DNA of 45,055 bases, taken from an uncultured delta proteobacterium (lineage in GTDB: Bacteria; Desulfobacterota; Syntrophobacteria; BM002). Location: contig CAVQGX010000064.1 of the NCBI GenBank assembly GCA_963712115.1, positions 1-45,055 on the forward strand, read 5' to 3'. Within the stretch, counting starts at the first letter, position 1. Each line of letters begins with the position of its first letter. Of this stretch, positions 8,645 through 20,522 are shown piece after piece. Position numbers and translations under genes: made by a program. The notes beneath the pieces are model-generated. The model searched no databases. It saw only the letters and a program-made list of their open reading frames with translations, and was not told the origin of the DNA.

Positions 8645-10306
8645 ATGAAATCATTTTGCTCATCCAGAGGACTGATGGGGCTGGTGGTCCTGCTGGCCGT
8701 GGCGCTCATTGCAACCCCCCTAGTATGTGCCTCTGAGGGGGAGTTCAAGATCAAGTCGGAAGATGGCAACATTTTTCGTGTCGGCGCCCAGTTACGCATG
8801 ATTCCAACATCAGAGAATAACTGGGACTTCGGCCTTGGGACTGTCACAGTGACTTCGCCAGGTGTTCCTGGCCCTGTAGCACAGAAGAATTTCAAAAGAC
8901 ATACCAACGAAGCCGGGGAAGTTTCCCAGGGCTACATCCGCACCGAAGCCCGCCTGTACTTCACCGGGGAAGACAAGGACGGGAAATGGGACCTCTACAG
9001 CGCCCTGGAGTTCGACTCGGCAGTTGATCAGACTGAAATTGACAATCGTGGCCGCGACTATGGCCTGGAGAGGGTGCACGGCAGTGTGGCCATTCCCGGC
9101 CTGGAACAGGTGCGCTTCCACGCAGGCTGGGATATCTACTACATGGACGCGGTGGACGCAGGCGCAGGATTTATTTACGGCGACGACGATCCGGGGTTCT
9201 GGTTCACCGGAGATTTCGATTCTATAAAAATCCAGGCTGGCTATCACAAGAAATTGGAGAATAACTTTGCCTCTAGGGACGAGGTGGACTACCTTGAAAA
9301 GGAAGCCGGCATAGAGGCTGACAACGACCGCGACCTTCTCGATGCAATGCTCACCTGGTTTGTTAATGACGACAATGAAATAAGGTTCATGGCTTCATTA
9401 GATTATATGAAAACCAGAGCTGAGAGCGAAATTGATAGTCCTCTCACTGGCTCACCTTTTACCGATCAAAAAGGTGCGGATGTACAGACCTACCGGCTGG
9501 GCATCCTGTACAAGGGAAAACTGGGAATTGTGGAGCCCCAGTTGGAGTTCGCCTACCAGGGCGGCGAGGCGGAAAATATCGTTACCGAATTTGGGGGCAC
9601 CTTGCCTGATCAGGATATCGAGGCATACGCTGCCTTTGCTGACGTGGCTGTCAACCTTACCGACATGGTTGGCTGGAAGCTCATCCCCCACGTTGGCTTC
9701 ATGTACACCTCGGGTGACGACGATCCCAACGACAAAAATCTGGAAGGCTACTGTGGGGTGGCCAACGCCCAGCGCTTCACCCCCGCTTTTGGCGGTGAGG
9801 ATACAATAATTGGTGATACAAATGTTGTTCTAGGAACCATCCTCTATGGTTATATTCCAGAGTTTTACGGTAACCTCGGGGGCACCCAACAAGGAGGCGT
9901 TGCCACCGGAGGCCTGACCAACGGTTCCCTTGGCGGCAGGGGTGACAACCCGGGCATGACCATGATCGGCGGCGGGATTACCATCGAGCCGGCGGAGTAC
10001 ATCAGCTACCGCACCAACTTCATGTGGTTCGAATGGAACGAAGATTTTTCAGTAGTAAATATCCGTGATCCTTTATTTCTGGCTGGAGGTTTGCTTGGAC
10101 CCAGGAACATAGAAATCAAGGCAGGCACCGCCGGCCAACAGTGGAGCAATAGTTTGAGGGTGTCGTTGTCAAAGCACGTGCATATTTTCGGTAACGCCAC
10201 CTTGTTCTGGCCCGGTGACGCTGTGAAGGACGTCACCGAAGCACTGGGCAACAGGTCGGATAAAGTTGCCCAGCGTTACGCTGTGGCGCTCATATGGAGA
10301 TTCTAA
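8645..10306 (+). CDS. Putative outer-membrane beta-barrel/porin
   Basis: Signal peptide; acidic Gly/aromatic-rich amphipathic strands; YTSGDDDPND loop reminiscent of alginate-export-type barrels; C-terminal Phe (YAVALIWRF); RBS AAGGAGG. Confidence 0.65.
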   Translation: MKSFCSSRGLMGLVVLLAVALIATPLVCASEGEFKIKSEDGNIFRVGAQLRMIPTSENNWDFGLGTVTVTSPGVPGPVAQKNFKRHTNEAGEVSQGYIRTEARLYFTGEDKDGKWDLYSALEFDSAVDQTEIDNRGRDYGLERVHGSVAIPGLEQVRFHAGWDIYYMDAVDAGAGFIYGDDDPGFWFTGDFDSIKIQAGYHKKLENNFASRDEVDYLEKEAGIEADNDRDLLDAMLTWFVNDDNEIRFMASLDYMKTRAESEIDSPLTGSPFTDQKGADVQTYRLGILYKGKLGIVEPQLEFAYQGGEAENIVTEFGGTLPDQDIEAYAAFADVAVNLTDMVGWKLIPHVGFMYTSGDDDPNDKNLEGYCGVANAQRFTPAFGGEDTIIGDTNVVLGTILYGYIPEFYGNLGGTQQGGVATGGLTNGSLGGRGDNPGMTMIGGGITIEPAEYISYRTNFMWFEWNEDFSVVNIRDPLFLAGGLLGPRNIEIKAGTAGQQWSNSLRVSLSKHVHIFGNATLFWPGDAVKDVTEALGNRSDKVAQRYAVALIWRF

Positions 10307-10383
10307 AAGTATTATAGTTGCCGGTCGAGAGGAACTGTCGTAGAATAGGGACGTTTAAAAGACCGGAACCTTGTTAATTGAAA

Positions 10384-10416
10384 AACGGGCTTGTGCCTTA
10401 TGGGCACAAGCCCGTT
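10384..10416. terminator. 14-bp perfect hairpin after the porin gene
   Basis: AACGGGCTTGTGCC-TTATG-GGCACAAGCCCGTT; U-tract is better on the - strand. Confidence 0.6.
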
Positions 10417-10429
10417 GGTGGATTTATCC

Positions 10430-11584
10430 ATGAAAAATAAAAGTTTACCTTATTTTCTCTTGAGTTTGCTTATTTTGTTTGTATCCCTGATCTTTGCTTG
10501 CGCCACCGATAAAGGTGCTGGGAAAGAAGAAGAAACCAGGCAAAAAACTGCGCAAGAGGCGAAAGCCCGCAAGGACATGGAAGCCCGGGTTCTTGAAAGT
10601 TCCTGGTATGAGAGTTCTGACTACCACCGCGGTAAAGGCGATAGCGGTGGGATTGACGTGGGCGAATGGCTAAGAACTAAGAAAGAAATTAAGGCCAAGC
10701 AGGAAGAGACCGAGAAGCGGCTGGCCAAACTGGAGAGTGAGGTCGAGGGACAGCAACCAGTTGCCAGTCAGGAGCAGACCTCCAGTGCACAGGCAAAAGC
10801 GGCCGGGACTGGGTTGGTCGGCTACGGGGCTGCAAATACCGACTCTCAGCAGGGTCTAAGGTTCAAAGTGGCCATGCTTGTCTTGCCTGAAGTGTACCTT
10901 TCAGCTCGAGATATAAAGGAAACGCTCTTTGGGGTCGCTGCTCGTCAGTTTGCCGGGAACCCGAGGTTCATTCTGGTTGATCCGGAGGAAGCCGAAGACA
11001 TTTTGCTCAAGCAAGGATTGGCAGTTATTCCAGAAAATAAGGCCGAGAATGCCAGGGCTCTGGGAATATATCCTGCTGCCCGGTTGGTTATTTTCCTGGA
11101 CAAGTTGGCACTGAGCAGCAAAGGCAGCGAAATGAATGGCCGCCTGAGTTACACTCTGGTTGATGGCTTTTCAGGCAGGAATATTGAGCAAGAAGAGGAG
11201 ATTGTCTCCCTTGGTCGAGATGGATCTGGAACCGGAAAGCTCTTGGCGAAGTTGGTGGAGGAGATGATCTCCGACCTCGAGAAGAGGGCAGACAGATATA
11301 TCTGGTCCTCCCGGGTTGCCATGGTTGAAGGGAAAAAGGTCTACCTCAGTTCCGGCAAGGCTTCCGGCTTGAAAAAAGGTGATATTTTCATGGTCCACGG
11401 ACCAGGGAGAGAAATCATTCATCCCACTGCCAAGGTTTCTATGGGATTTCAACAGGGCCCTTACAAGGGCAGGGTGGAAGTAGTGAGCCTTTTTGGCCAG
11501 GACGCAGCCGAGGCAACCGTGGTTGAAGGTTCAGGCAAAATCGATCCAAATGATCTGGTAACCCTGCCACCCGAGCAAAAGTAG
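10430..11584 (+). CDS. Lipoprotein with FlgT-like C-terminal domain
   Basis: Lipobox LIFAC, coiled-coil segment, C-terminal VYLSSGKASGLKKGDIFMV resembling FlgT_C. Confidence 0.6.
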   Translation: MKNKSLPYFLLSLLILFVSLIFACATDKGAGKEEETRQKTAQEAKARKDMEARVLESSWYESSDYHRGKGDSGGIDVGEWLRTKKEIKAKQEETEKRLAKLESEVEGQQPVASQEQTSSAQAKAAGTGLVGYGAANTDSQQGLRFKVAMLVLPEVYLSARDIKETLFGVAARQFAGNPRFILVDPEEAEDILLKQGLAVIPENKAENARALGIYPAARLVIFLDKLALSSKGSEMNGRLSYTLVDGFSGRNIEQEEEIVSLGRDGSGTGKLLAKLVEEMISDLEKRADRYIWSSRVAMVEGKKVYLSSGKASGLKKGDIFMVHGPGREIIHPTAKVSMGFQQGPYKGRVEVVSLFGQDAAEATVVEGSGKIDPNDLVTLPPEQK

Positions 11585-11826
11585 CCCAAGACCACCTGGA
11601 ATCCCCACCGACCCACACCCCCGCATTTCCCCACTGCAGAAATCATCTCTTGCTTAAAGATTTTCAAGGAACATACTCGTTTGAATATGATATTAAATTG
11701 TACAGTGATTGTATGTTTTGAAGGCTTTTAAGAGAGTGGTAATCCTCTATTCAGTTGATATATTCAGTCGCATTTGGTATTCATCAAAATTTAATATCGC
11801 AGAGAAAGTAGTTGCCCACTGACTAA

Positions 11827-12777
11827 ATGGAGCGTCTTGCTTCCATAGATGTTGGCTCAAACACCCTTCGGCTGCTCGTAGCAGAACCGGCCGCTTCCGC
11901 ACCCATCCGACCAATTCAAGTTGAACGACGTATCACCCGTTTGGGAGAGAGCTTCCTGCCGGACAAAATCCTGCAAACACCGGCTATGGACCGAAGTATC
12001 GCTGCACTGAAAGAATTCGTTGAGTTGATGGGCCTAAAGGGTGTCTCAGACTACTCGGCTGGTGCCACGGCCGTTGTGCGAGAGGCCAGCAATGGGGCAC
12101 ACTTTCTCGATCAAGTTCAGCGACAAACTGGCCTAAGTGTCCGCTTGCTTAGCGGCTCTGAAGAGGCGAGGCTGTCTCTCCTTGGTGTCGCTTCTGTGAT
12201 CTCGAAAAAAGAATCTTCCATGGTCATCTTTGACATCGGCGGGGGCAGTACCGAGTTGGTCTGGAAAGGTGAAGGGGCTAATAGCACTGTAGAAAGCAGC
12301 AGCCTTCCTCTGGGTGTGGTCCACTTGACTGAGACTTTTTTGTCGGCAGATCCTCCGGGTCATGAACCGTGCTTGCAGTTGCGGAGGCATGTCTCTAGCG
12401 TTCTGACCGAACTGTCCTTATATAAGGATTTTCATGATACTCTCTGGGTTGGTACGGCCGGAACCGTTACAACCCTGGCAAGCATGTGGTACGAATTGGT
12501 AGAATACGATCCGGAAAGAATAAATGGTACTGTTTTGGAAAGGACATGGCTTGCCGATCTCTGTGCAAGACTTGCCAGTATGAGGCTTGCTGAACGGAGA
12601 AAGCTCACCGGATTGGAGCCAGGTAGAGAGGATATTATCTTGGCTGGTGGATTAGTGACTCTGGAGATAATGGATACCTTTGGTTTTTCCCGGTTCACCG
12701 TCAGCGATGCCGGATTGCTCGAGGGACTGTTCCTTGATCTTTGTCGGACGTCATCGTACTCCCAAGGAAATGGCTAA
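11827..12777 (+). CDS. ppx: Ppx/GppA phosphatase family protein (short form)
   Basis: SIDVGSNTLRL, ATAVVREA, GSEEA, DIGGGSTE, GLLEG. Confidence 0.9.
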   Translation: MERLASIDVGSNTLRLLVAEPAASAPIRPIQVERRITRLGESFLPDKILQTPAMDRSIAALKEFVELMGLKGVSDYSAGATAVVREASNGAHFLDQVQRQTGLSVRLLSGSEEARLSLLGVASVISKKESSMVIFDIGGGSTELVWKGEGANSTVESSSLPLGVVHLTETFLSADPPGHEPCLQLRRHVSSVLTELSLYKDFHDTLWVGTAGTVTTLASMWYELVEYDPERINGTVLERTWLADLCARLASMRLAERRKLTGLEPGREDIILAGGLVTLEIMDTFGFSRFTVSDAGLLEGLFLDLCRTSSYSQGNG

Positions 12778-12852
12778 AAACCGGGGGTGGATATTTTTTT
12801 TGATGTGGGAGTTGTAGAAAGGGCTTTTTCCTGATAGCTTTAATAAATTTAG

Positions 12853-14355
<1,503 letters not shown>

Positions 14356-14365
14356 GGATCCACCT

Positions 14366-14411
14366 TTTAGATTTAAGATTTTAGATTTAAGATTGCAGAA
14401 TGAGGAATTTT
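14366..14411. repeat. 7-mer tandem repeat arm between guaB and guaA
   Basis: TTTAGATTTAAGATTTTAGATTTAAGATTGCAGAATGAGGAATTT. Confidence 0.65.
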
Positions 14412-14464
14412 AAAGCAAGACTTGTGATTCCAGTCAAAGATTTGGCTTTTGATAACGAGAGAAC

Positions 14465-16024
14465 ATGGATATTCATGACGACAAAATACTGATTCTTGAC
14501 TTCGGTTCTCAGACAACCCAACTCATAGCCAGGCGAGTACGTGAATCTCAGGTGTACTGCGAAATTCACCCGTTCAACCTGGGTCTGGATAAAATCAAGA
14601 GCTTCGGTGCTAAGGGCATAATCCTTTCAGGAGGCCCCGCCTGCGTTCTCGATGAAGGTTCACCCACTTGTGACCTAGAAGTACTGAAGCTAGGTATACC
14701 TGTTTTAGGTATCTGTTATGGGATGCAGCTCATGACCCACTTGTTGGGCGGTGAGGTTGAGCGCTCTGCCAAACGGGAGTATGGGAAAGCGCAACTCTTA
14801 ATAGATTCCGCCGAAGACCTGTTCTTTGGTTTGGACGGGTCAGGACAAAGTCAGGGCGAGCAGGTGTGGATGAGTCACGGAGACAAGATCAAGAAACCGC
14901 CGTCCGGTTTCATTGCCCTAGCCCACAGTGGAAACTCCCCTGTGGCCGCAATGCGCCACACCGATGCGGAGCTTTACGGGGTTCAGTTCCATCCGGAGGT
15001 TATCCATACTCCCAACGGCACCAAGATGCTGCAGAATTTTCTCTTTCGCTCTTGCGGCTGTAGACCTACTTGGACAATGAAGTCTTTCGTAGCCAGCACT
15101 GTGGAGAGCCTGCGGAAGACTGTTGGGTCTAAGAAAGTAATATGCGCTCTAAGCGGCGGCGTGGACAGTTCCGTGGTGGCAGTGTTGCTTCACAAAGCGG
15201 TGGGTCATCAGTCCACCTGCATCTTTGTGAATAATGGTTTGTTACGCCAAGGCGAGGCGGAAGAGGTTCAAAATATTTTTCGCCATTCCTTCGAGATCAA
15301 TTTAGATTACGTGGATGGAGCTGATGCCTTCTTGAGCCGGCTGAAAGGTGTAGTGGATCCGGAGGAGAAACGAAAAATTATCGGCAATCTTTTTATTGAG
15401 ATTTTTGAGGAGGAAGCCAACAAGATCCCGGGGGCTGAGTATCTCGCTCAAGGAACTCTCTACCCTGATGTTATAGAAAGTGTCTCCTTCAAGGGGCCCT
15501 CCGCCACTATCAAAACTCACCATAATGTGGGAGGTCTTCCTGAAGTGATGAATCTTGAACTCATCGAGCCACTAAGGGAACTATTCAAGGACGAGGTAAG
15601 AAAAGTAGGTGCAGAACTCGGGTTGCCAAGAAAGTTGATCCAAAGACACCCCTTCCCTGGACCAGGTCTGGCCATTCGCATTCTGGGTGAAGTGACGCCC
15701 GAGAAATTGGAAATTCTGCGCCAGGCTGATGCTATCATTATGGAGGAGATGGAGAACAGCGGTCTCCATGACCAGGTGTGGCAAGCATTCGGTGTGCTCT
15801 TACCGATCCGCACCGTGGGGGTCATGGGCGATGAACGCACCTACGATCAAGTGGTTGCCATTCGCATTGTGGAGAGCGTTGACGCAATGACAGCAGACTG
15901 GGCCAAAGTGGACTACCAGGTGTTGGGACAAATGTCAAACCGTATAATAAATGAAGTCAAGGGAGTTAATCGGGTGGTTTACGATATTTCCTCCAAACCG
16001 CCGAGTACAATTGAGTGGGAATAA
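14465..16024 (+). CDS. guaA: Glutamine-hydrolysing GMP synthase
   Basis: [33 protein letters not shown]. Confidence 0.98.
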   Translation: MDIHDDKILILDFGSQTTQLIARRVRESQVYCEIHPFNLGLDKIKSFGAKGIILSGGPACVLDEGSPTCDLEVLKLGIPVLGICYGMQLMTHLLGGEVERSAKREYGKAQLLIDSAEDLFFGLDGSGQSQGEQVWMSHGDKIKKPPSGFIALAHSGNSPVAAMRHTDAELYGVQFHPEVIHTPNGTKMLQNFLFRSCGCRPTWTMKSFVASTVESLRKTVGSKKVICALSGGVDSSVVAVLLHKAVGHQSTCIFVNNGLLRQGEAEEVQNIFRHSFEINLDYVDGADAFLSRLKGVVDPEEKRKIIGNLFIEIFEEEANKIPGAEYLAQGTLYPDVIESVSFKGPSATIKTHHNVGGLPEVMNLELIEPLRELFKDEVRKVGAELGLPRKLIQRHPFPGPGLAIRILGEVTPEKLEILRQADAIIMEEMENSGLHDQVWQAFGVLLPIRTVGVMGDERTYDQVVAIRIVESVDAMTADWAKVDYQVLGQMSNRIINEVKGVNRVVYDISSKPPSTIEWE

Positions 16025-16048
16025 TACCCGCCGCAATCCTTCCGACCC

Positions 16049-19000
16049 ATGCGTCAAGCAGATTTCGTTCATCTTCATCTTCATTCCGCCTACAGCCTTT
16101 TGCAGAGCACCATAAGGCTGCCTCAGCTAGTAAAAAAAGCACGTGAATACCGGCTGCCAGCCTTGGCCATAACAGACCATGGCAATCTATTTGGCTGCAT
16201 AGAATTTTATGATCTGGCTTACAGTAGTGGAATCAAACCTATTATTGGCTGCGAACTCGCGGTGGACTCCTTTGAGGGAGTCGATCCAGAGCGGCCTGGT
16301 AACTCTGAGCCGACCAATCACATAGTGCTCCTGGCGCGGAATAGAAGAGGTTACCAAAATCTTCTCCAGCTCATCACCAAAGCCCACTCTCAAGGCTGGC
16401 AGCAAGAACCACGAGTAAGTACAAATCATCTGTATGAGCATAAACGAGGGCTCACCATCCTAAGCGGGTGCCACAGGGGAGAGGTAGCCTCCCTGCTCTC
16501 TAAGGACGACCACCAGGGGGCAAAAGCACGGGCCGCCGAATATTTAGAAGTTTTTGGCAGGGAAGACTTTTTCATCGAGTTACAGCCGGTTCTCACTGAG
16601 CCAAACAGGATATTGAATGAACGACTTCTGGCTCTGGCCCGGCTGCTGGATGTTCAAGTAGTGGCCACGGCAAATAGCCATACTCTTGACCCAGGTGAAG
16701 TAGAACTAATTAATATCCTGAAGGCCATCAGGCTGGGAACCACTGTGGAGGAAATTCCCCCTTCGGTGGAGTACGGTTTTCTCTCTCCGGAAGAGATGAA
16801 AGTTGAGTTCAACCATCTGCCTGAAGCCATAGCTGCCACCCTAGTCATTGCTGAGCGCTGCAATCTCGATTTGGACTTAGGTAAGATTCACATACCGCAG
16901 TTTCCCCTGGAAAAAGGCCAGGAGGCAATGGCTGTATTGGGACAAAAGGCAAGGGAAGGGCTTCAACAGCAACTTTTGGCCAATCAACTTGAGGTCGATT
17001 CAGACTACAACCAAAGATTAGACATGGAACTAAAAAAAATTGAGCAGCTTGGTCTCGCGGATTACTTTCTCTTGGTAGCTGATTTCGTTCAGTTTGCCAG
17101 AACAAAGGGGGTTCCTGTAGGTCCAGGGAGTGGATCGGCAGGTTCTAGTCTCACTGCGCACGCTCTGGGGATCACTAAGATTGATCCGTTAAAGCATGGC
17201 CTTTTGTTTGAGCGTTTGATAAATCCACTGAGCCCAGAGTTTCCGGACATGGAGCTGGGTTTTGGCATGGAGATGCGAGAAGAAGTGCACCAATACCTCA
17301 GGTCCAAATATGGTCAGGACCGGGTAGCGCAAATCGTCTCACTGGTTACCATGCAACTGCGTACGGCCATTCGGGATCTGAGCAAGGCCTTGAATCTGGC
17401 GCAGGAAGATCTGGAGGCCACAGTTGAGTCCACAAAGTCGGCCAGAACAGGAGAAAGCGCATCCTCGAGGCAGCCATCTGAGCAAGGGATATCCGCGCGA
17501 GTCCCCAGAAGGGTAACGGAATTGGCAGCAGAGCTTGAGGGTTTGCCGCGACAGGTAAGCACCCATGCCACTGGTGTGATTATCGGCGATGGTCCATTGG
17601 TTGAAAATGTTCCACTTTACCGCGGTCCCAAGGATGAGTGGGTAAGCCAGTACAATGTGCGCGCCCTGAAGCGGGTCGGCATAGTAAAGATCGATCTGAT
17701 TGCGAGAAAAAGCCTTACAGTGATTCGTAAAGCAGTAGATCTCGTTGGCCAGGAGTATGATCTTTCCGCAGCCCTGGAACATATATCCTGGGATGATGAA
17801 GCTGCCTTCGAATTGCTATGTCTGGGGAGGGTGGGCGGCATTCCCTACTTGGAAACCCCAAGAGCACGCGATCTGCTACTCAAATGGCAACCCAGGGGGT
17901 GGCAGGATCTACTTGTACTTTTGGCCTTAATTCGACCAGCACCGTTAGAAAGTGGATTGACCGAAAGCCTCCTCAGCACTCGTCGGCAGGAAGGATCTCA
18001 GAGGACATCTCCCCCGTCTGATGAAGGAAGGCTTTTGCCTGGGACTAAATTTCTTTTTTTTGATGTGGATCTTATCGAACTGATTGCTGAAAGCACCGGT
18101 TGGTCTTTGGAAAAGGCAGATGAACTTTGTCGCCTGCTTATGAAAGCTGACGAGGAAGAACTGGAAAACATACGTTTGGAGTTCATCAAAGGAGCCGAGA
18201 ATAGAGGTTGTGCCCGTGAAGAGGCGGAGATAACCTGGTCTAAAGTGGAACGCTCGGCAGGCGTGGTTGCCAATAAGAACCAAACAGTTGCCCAGGCATT
18301 TACGGTGCTGCAAGCTGTCTTTTCCAAAGCTCGCTTTCCGCAGCACTACATAGCTGCCCTATTGAGCAGCGAACTACACCAGCATGACCTTCTGACGGCG
18401 CATATCGAGTCTTGTCGCCAAGAGGGTCTTACTTTGCTGCCTCCAGATGTAAATGAAAGTGAGGTGGAATTCCGCGTAGAAACTGAGGGTGTCCGTGTTG
18501 GACTGGCGGCAATCAGGCATGTGAGTAAGGCAACAGCTGGTTCAATTGTCCAGGCACGGCGTGAGAGAGGACCATTTAATTCTCTTTTTGAACTCTGCAA
18601 TAGCTTAGAACGGGAGGATCTGGACAAGAGAGCTTTAGGTGCAATGATTAAGGCGGGAGCTATGGACAGTTTTGGCGGTGGTAGGCAAAGTCTGTACGGG
18701 ATGCTTCCCGAATTATTGGAACAGGCTCGTCGAGGTCAGATGGCACTTTTTGACGGCCCTGACCTAGAGACTCATTCAGACCGAAGCTTTACTACTCCAT
18801 CTGACTGGGATTACTCCACCAAACTGGCTAAAGAAAAAGAGGCCTTAGGCTTTTACCTGAGCGGCCATCCGCTGGCTGAATTTCGTTCCTTCCTGGAAAA
18901 AGTCGCTCCGGGTGGGGCGGCACGGCTAGGTGATCTTCCCGGAGATTCTCAGGGGTTCCTAGGGGGTGTAATTGAGGAGATCAGAGCAATTAGGAGCCGC

Positions 19001-19471
19001 AAAGGCGAGCCCCTACACTTTTTACGAATAGAAGATTACACAGGCTCTATGGAAGTGATTGTCTTTGCAGATGTGTATGCAAGATTCGAGAGATACTTGT
19101 TCAAGGGAGCCCTGGCGCTGGTGCGCGGCAGGATAGCAAGAGAGCCCGATCAGGTAAGGCTGGTGGCTGAAGATGTTATGTTTTTGGAGGAGGCAGCCCA
19201 GAAACTAGCCACCTCTGTTAGATTGCATCTCTCCGTGGAAGGTTTCTCAAGGGAGTTGCTTAGCGATCTACGGCAGTTGTTCAAATCCCAGCCAGGGTCA
19301 TGTCCAGTTTACCTCCACTTTAATATTGGCCAGCATACAGAGGTTATTCAGAGACTACCGCCTCCATTTAATGTTTACCCTGCTAGAGATTTGATTAGGG
19401 AAATAACCAGACGATTTGGCGAGAGCTCCCTAGAGATTATTTACGGCGAGGAAGGCGAGACAAGAAGCTAA
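16049..19471 (+). CDS. dnaE: DNA polymerase III alpha homolog, predicted catalytically inactive
   Basis: Full PHP-palm-thumb-fingers-HhH-OB-CTD layout (HLHLHSAYS, AITDHGN, LLPPDVNES, LGFYLSGHPL, EDYTGS), but PDxDxD reads PDMELG. Confidence 0.9.
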   Translation: MRQADFVHLHLHSAYSLLQSTIRLPQLVKKAREYRLPALAITDHGNLFGCIEFYDLAYSSGIKPIIGCELAVDSFEGVDPERPGNSEPTNHIVLLARNRRGYQNLLQLITKAHSQGWQQEPRVSTNHLYEHKRGLTILSGCHRGEVASLLSKDDHQGAKARAAEYLEVFGREDFFIELQPVLTEPNRILNERLLALARLLDVQVVATANSHTLDPGEVELINILKAIRLGTTVEEIPPSVEYGFLSPEEMKVEFNHLPEAIAATLVIAERCNLDLDLGKIHIPQFPLEKGQEAMAVLGQKAREGLQQQLLANQLEVDSDYNQRLDMELKKIEQLGLADYFLLVADFVQFARTKGVPVGPGSGSAGSSLTAHALGITKIDPLKHGLLFERLINPLSPEFPDMELGFGMEMREEVHQYLRSKYGQDRVAQIVSLVTMQLRTAIRDLSKALNLAQEDLEATVESTKSARTGESASSRQPSEQGISARVPRRVTELAAELEGLPRQVSTHATGVIIGDGPLVENVPLYRGPKDEWVSQYNVRALKRVGIVKIDLIARKSLTVIRKAVDLVGQEYDLSAALEHISWDDEAAFELLCLGRVGGIPYLETPRARDLLLKWQPRGWQDLLVLLALIRPAPLESGLTESLLSTRRQEGSQRTSPPSDEGRLLPGTKFLFFDVDLIELIAESTGWSLEKADELCRLLMKADEEELENIRLEFIKGAENRGCAREEAEITWSKVERSAGVVANKNQTVAQAFTVLQAVFSKARFPQHYIAALLSSELHQHDLLTAHIESCRQEGLTLLPPDVNESEVEFRVETEGVRVGLAAIRHVSKATAGSIVQARRERGPFNSLFELCNSLEREDLDKRALGAMIKAGAMDSFGGGRQSLYGMLPELLEQARRGQMALFDGPDLETHSDRSFTTPSDWDYSTKLAKEKEALGFYLSGHPLAEFRSFLEKVAPGGAARLGDLPGDSQGFLGGVIEEIRAIRSRKGEPLHFLRIEDYTGSMEVIVFADVYARFERYLFKGALALVRGRIAREPDQVRLVAEDVMFLEEAAQKLATSVRLHLSVEGFSRELLSDLRQLFKSQPGSCPVYLHFNIGQHTEVIQRLPPPFNVYPARDLIREITRRFGESSLEIIYGEEGETRS

Positions 19472-19576
19472 CTCGGAGAAATGGGGATGCGAGACGTTGA
19501 GCAGGCAGTCTGCAGCTAGCAGCTTTTCGTATTAACTCTTCTGTGATGCCTCCATACAAGTGAGGAGTTGACACAT

Positions 19577-20305
19577 ATGAGCGAATACCGTGAGCGGAGA
19601 TATCGCCATCAAATCCACCACAAGCGATTGGTTCCCTTTAAGGTGGCTGTACAAGAAACAGATCTGATGATTCTGGCTGAGTCCGACCTGACTGAGCTAA
19701 CTGAGGAGATTATTTACAAGGTTCGTGGGCCTCTGGAGGGATACATTGTTAGTCACCCCGAATTTCTCAGCACTTTGACCCCCATGCCTTACGATAAACT
19801 CGCACCTCCGGTAGTAAAGGAAATGTTAGCTGCGGCACAGGTTTGCGGTACTGGTCCCATGGCTGCCGTAGCCGGAGCTGTGGCGGAGCAGGTTGGCTTG
19901 GCCCTTCTGCGGGAGAGTGGTGAGGTGGTGGTGGAGAACGGCGGTGATTGTTTCGTCAAGGTGGATTCACCCTTGCAAATATCTATCTTTGCTGGGCGGT
20001 CAAAGTTGAGCAATACGCTGGCCCTGAAGATCTATCCGGATAAGACGCCCTTGGGCGTGTGTACGTCTTCAGGCACTGTTGGCCACTCCCTGAGCTTTGG
20101 CGTTGCTGATGCGGTGACTGTAATATCAGCCTCTGCGGCGCTAGCCGATGCTGCTGCAACTATGACTTGCAACCAGGTGAAAAGCGAGAGCAATATCCGT
20201 CAGGCCATAGCCTTTGCCCAACAGATTGAGGGAGTCTTGGGAGTGGTAGTCATCGTGGGAGAGCAGATAGGTGCATGGGGTGATGTTGAGCTGGTGTCGA
20301 TTTAA
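19577..20305 (+). CDS. UPF0280 family (ApbE-like) protein
   Basis: GPMAAVAGA, VENGGD, CTSSGTVGHSLSFG, ADAAAT; ATG at 19577 after GAGGAG. Confidence 0.85.
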   Translation: MSEYRERRYRHQIHHKRLVPFKVAVQETDLMILAESDLTELTEEIIYKVRGPLEGYIVSHPEFLSTLTPMPYDKLAPPVVKEMLAAAQVCGTGPMAAVAGAVAEQVGLALLRESGEVVVENGGDCFVKVDSPLQISIFAGRSKLSNTLALKIYPDKTPLGVCTSSGTVGHSLSFGVADAVTVISASAALADAAATMTCNQVKSESNIRQAIAFAQQIEGVLGVVVIVGEQIGAWGDVELVSI

Positions 20306-20415
20306 GATTTGAGATTTAAGATTTCACTCAGCAAACGACAGCCCAGACTGCACAAGGAGAGGGTTAAGGGATTCTTAATTCTTTTCTAATTCCTCAACCT
20401 GCAATCTGCAATCTA
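20299..20415. repeat. Inverted 7-mer tandem repeat pair
   Basis: GATTTAAGATTTGAGATTTAAGATTT ... CAACCTGCAATCTGCAATCTAC. Confidence 0.6.
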
Positions 20416-20423
20416 CACAGTAC

Positions 20424-20451
20424 TTGTTTTTTTGGCAGATGTTGGTATACT
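20424..20451 (+). promoter_or_regulatory. Putative sigma70 promoter for HIT-lapA-lapB
   Basis: TTGTTT, 16 bp, TATACT preceded by TGn. Confidence 0.45.
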
Positions 20452-20522
20452 CGCAAAAAATTTTCCTCCGGCAGACAAGAGGGGCTAGTTCGCCCTTTGT
20501 TGTGAGGGAAAGGTGATAGACC

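Noticed and set aside
16049-19471. Calling the gene error-prone DnaE2 or a pseudogene
   Set aside because: No imuA/imuB nearby; it keeps a DnaE1-like C-terminal domain and clamp motif, whereas DnaE2 keeps catalytic aspartates; there are no stops or frameshifts.
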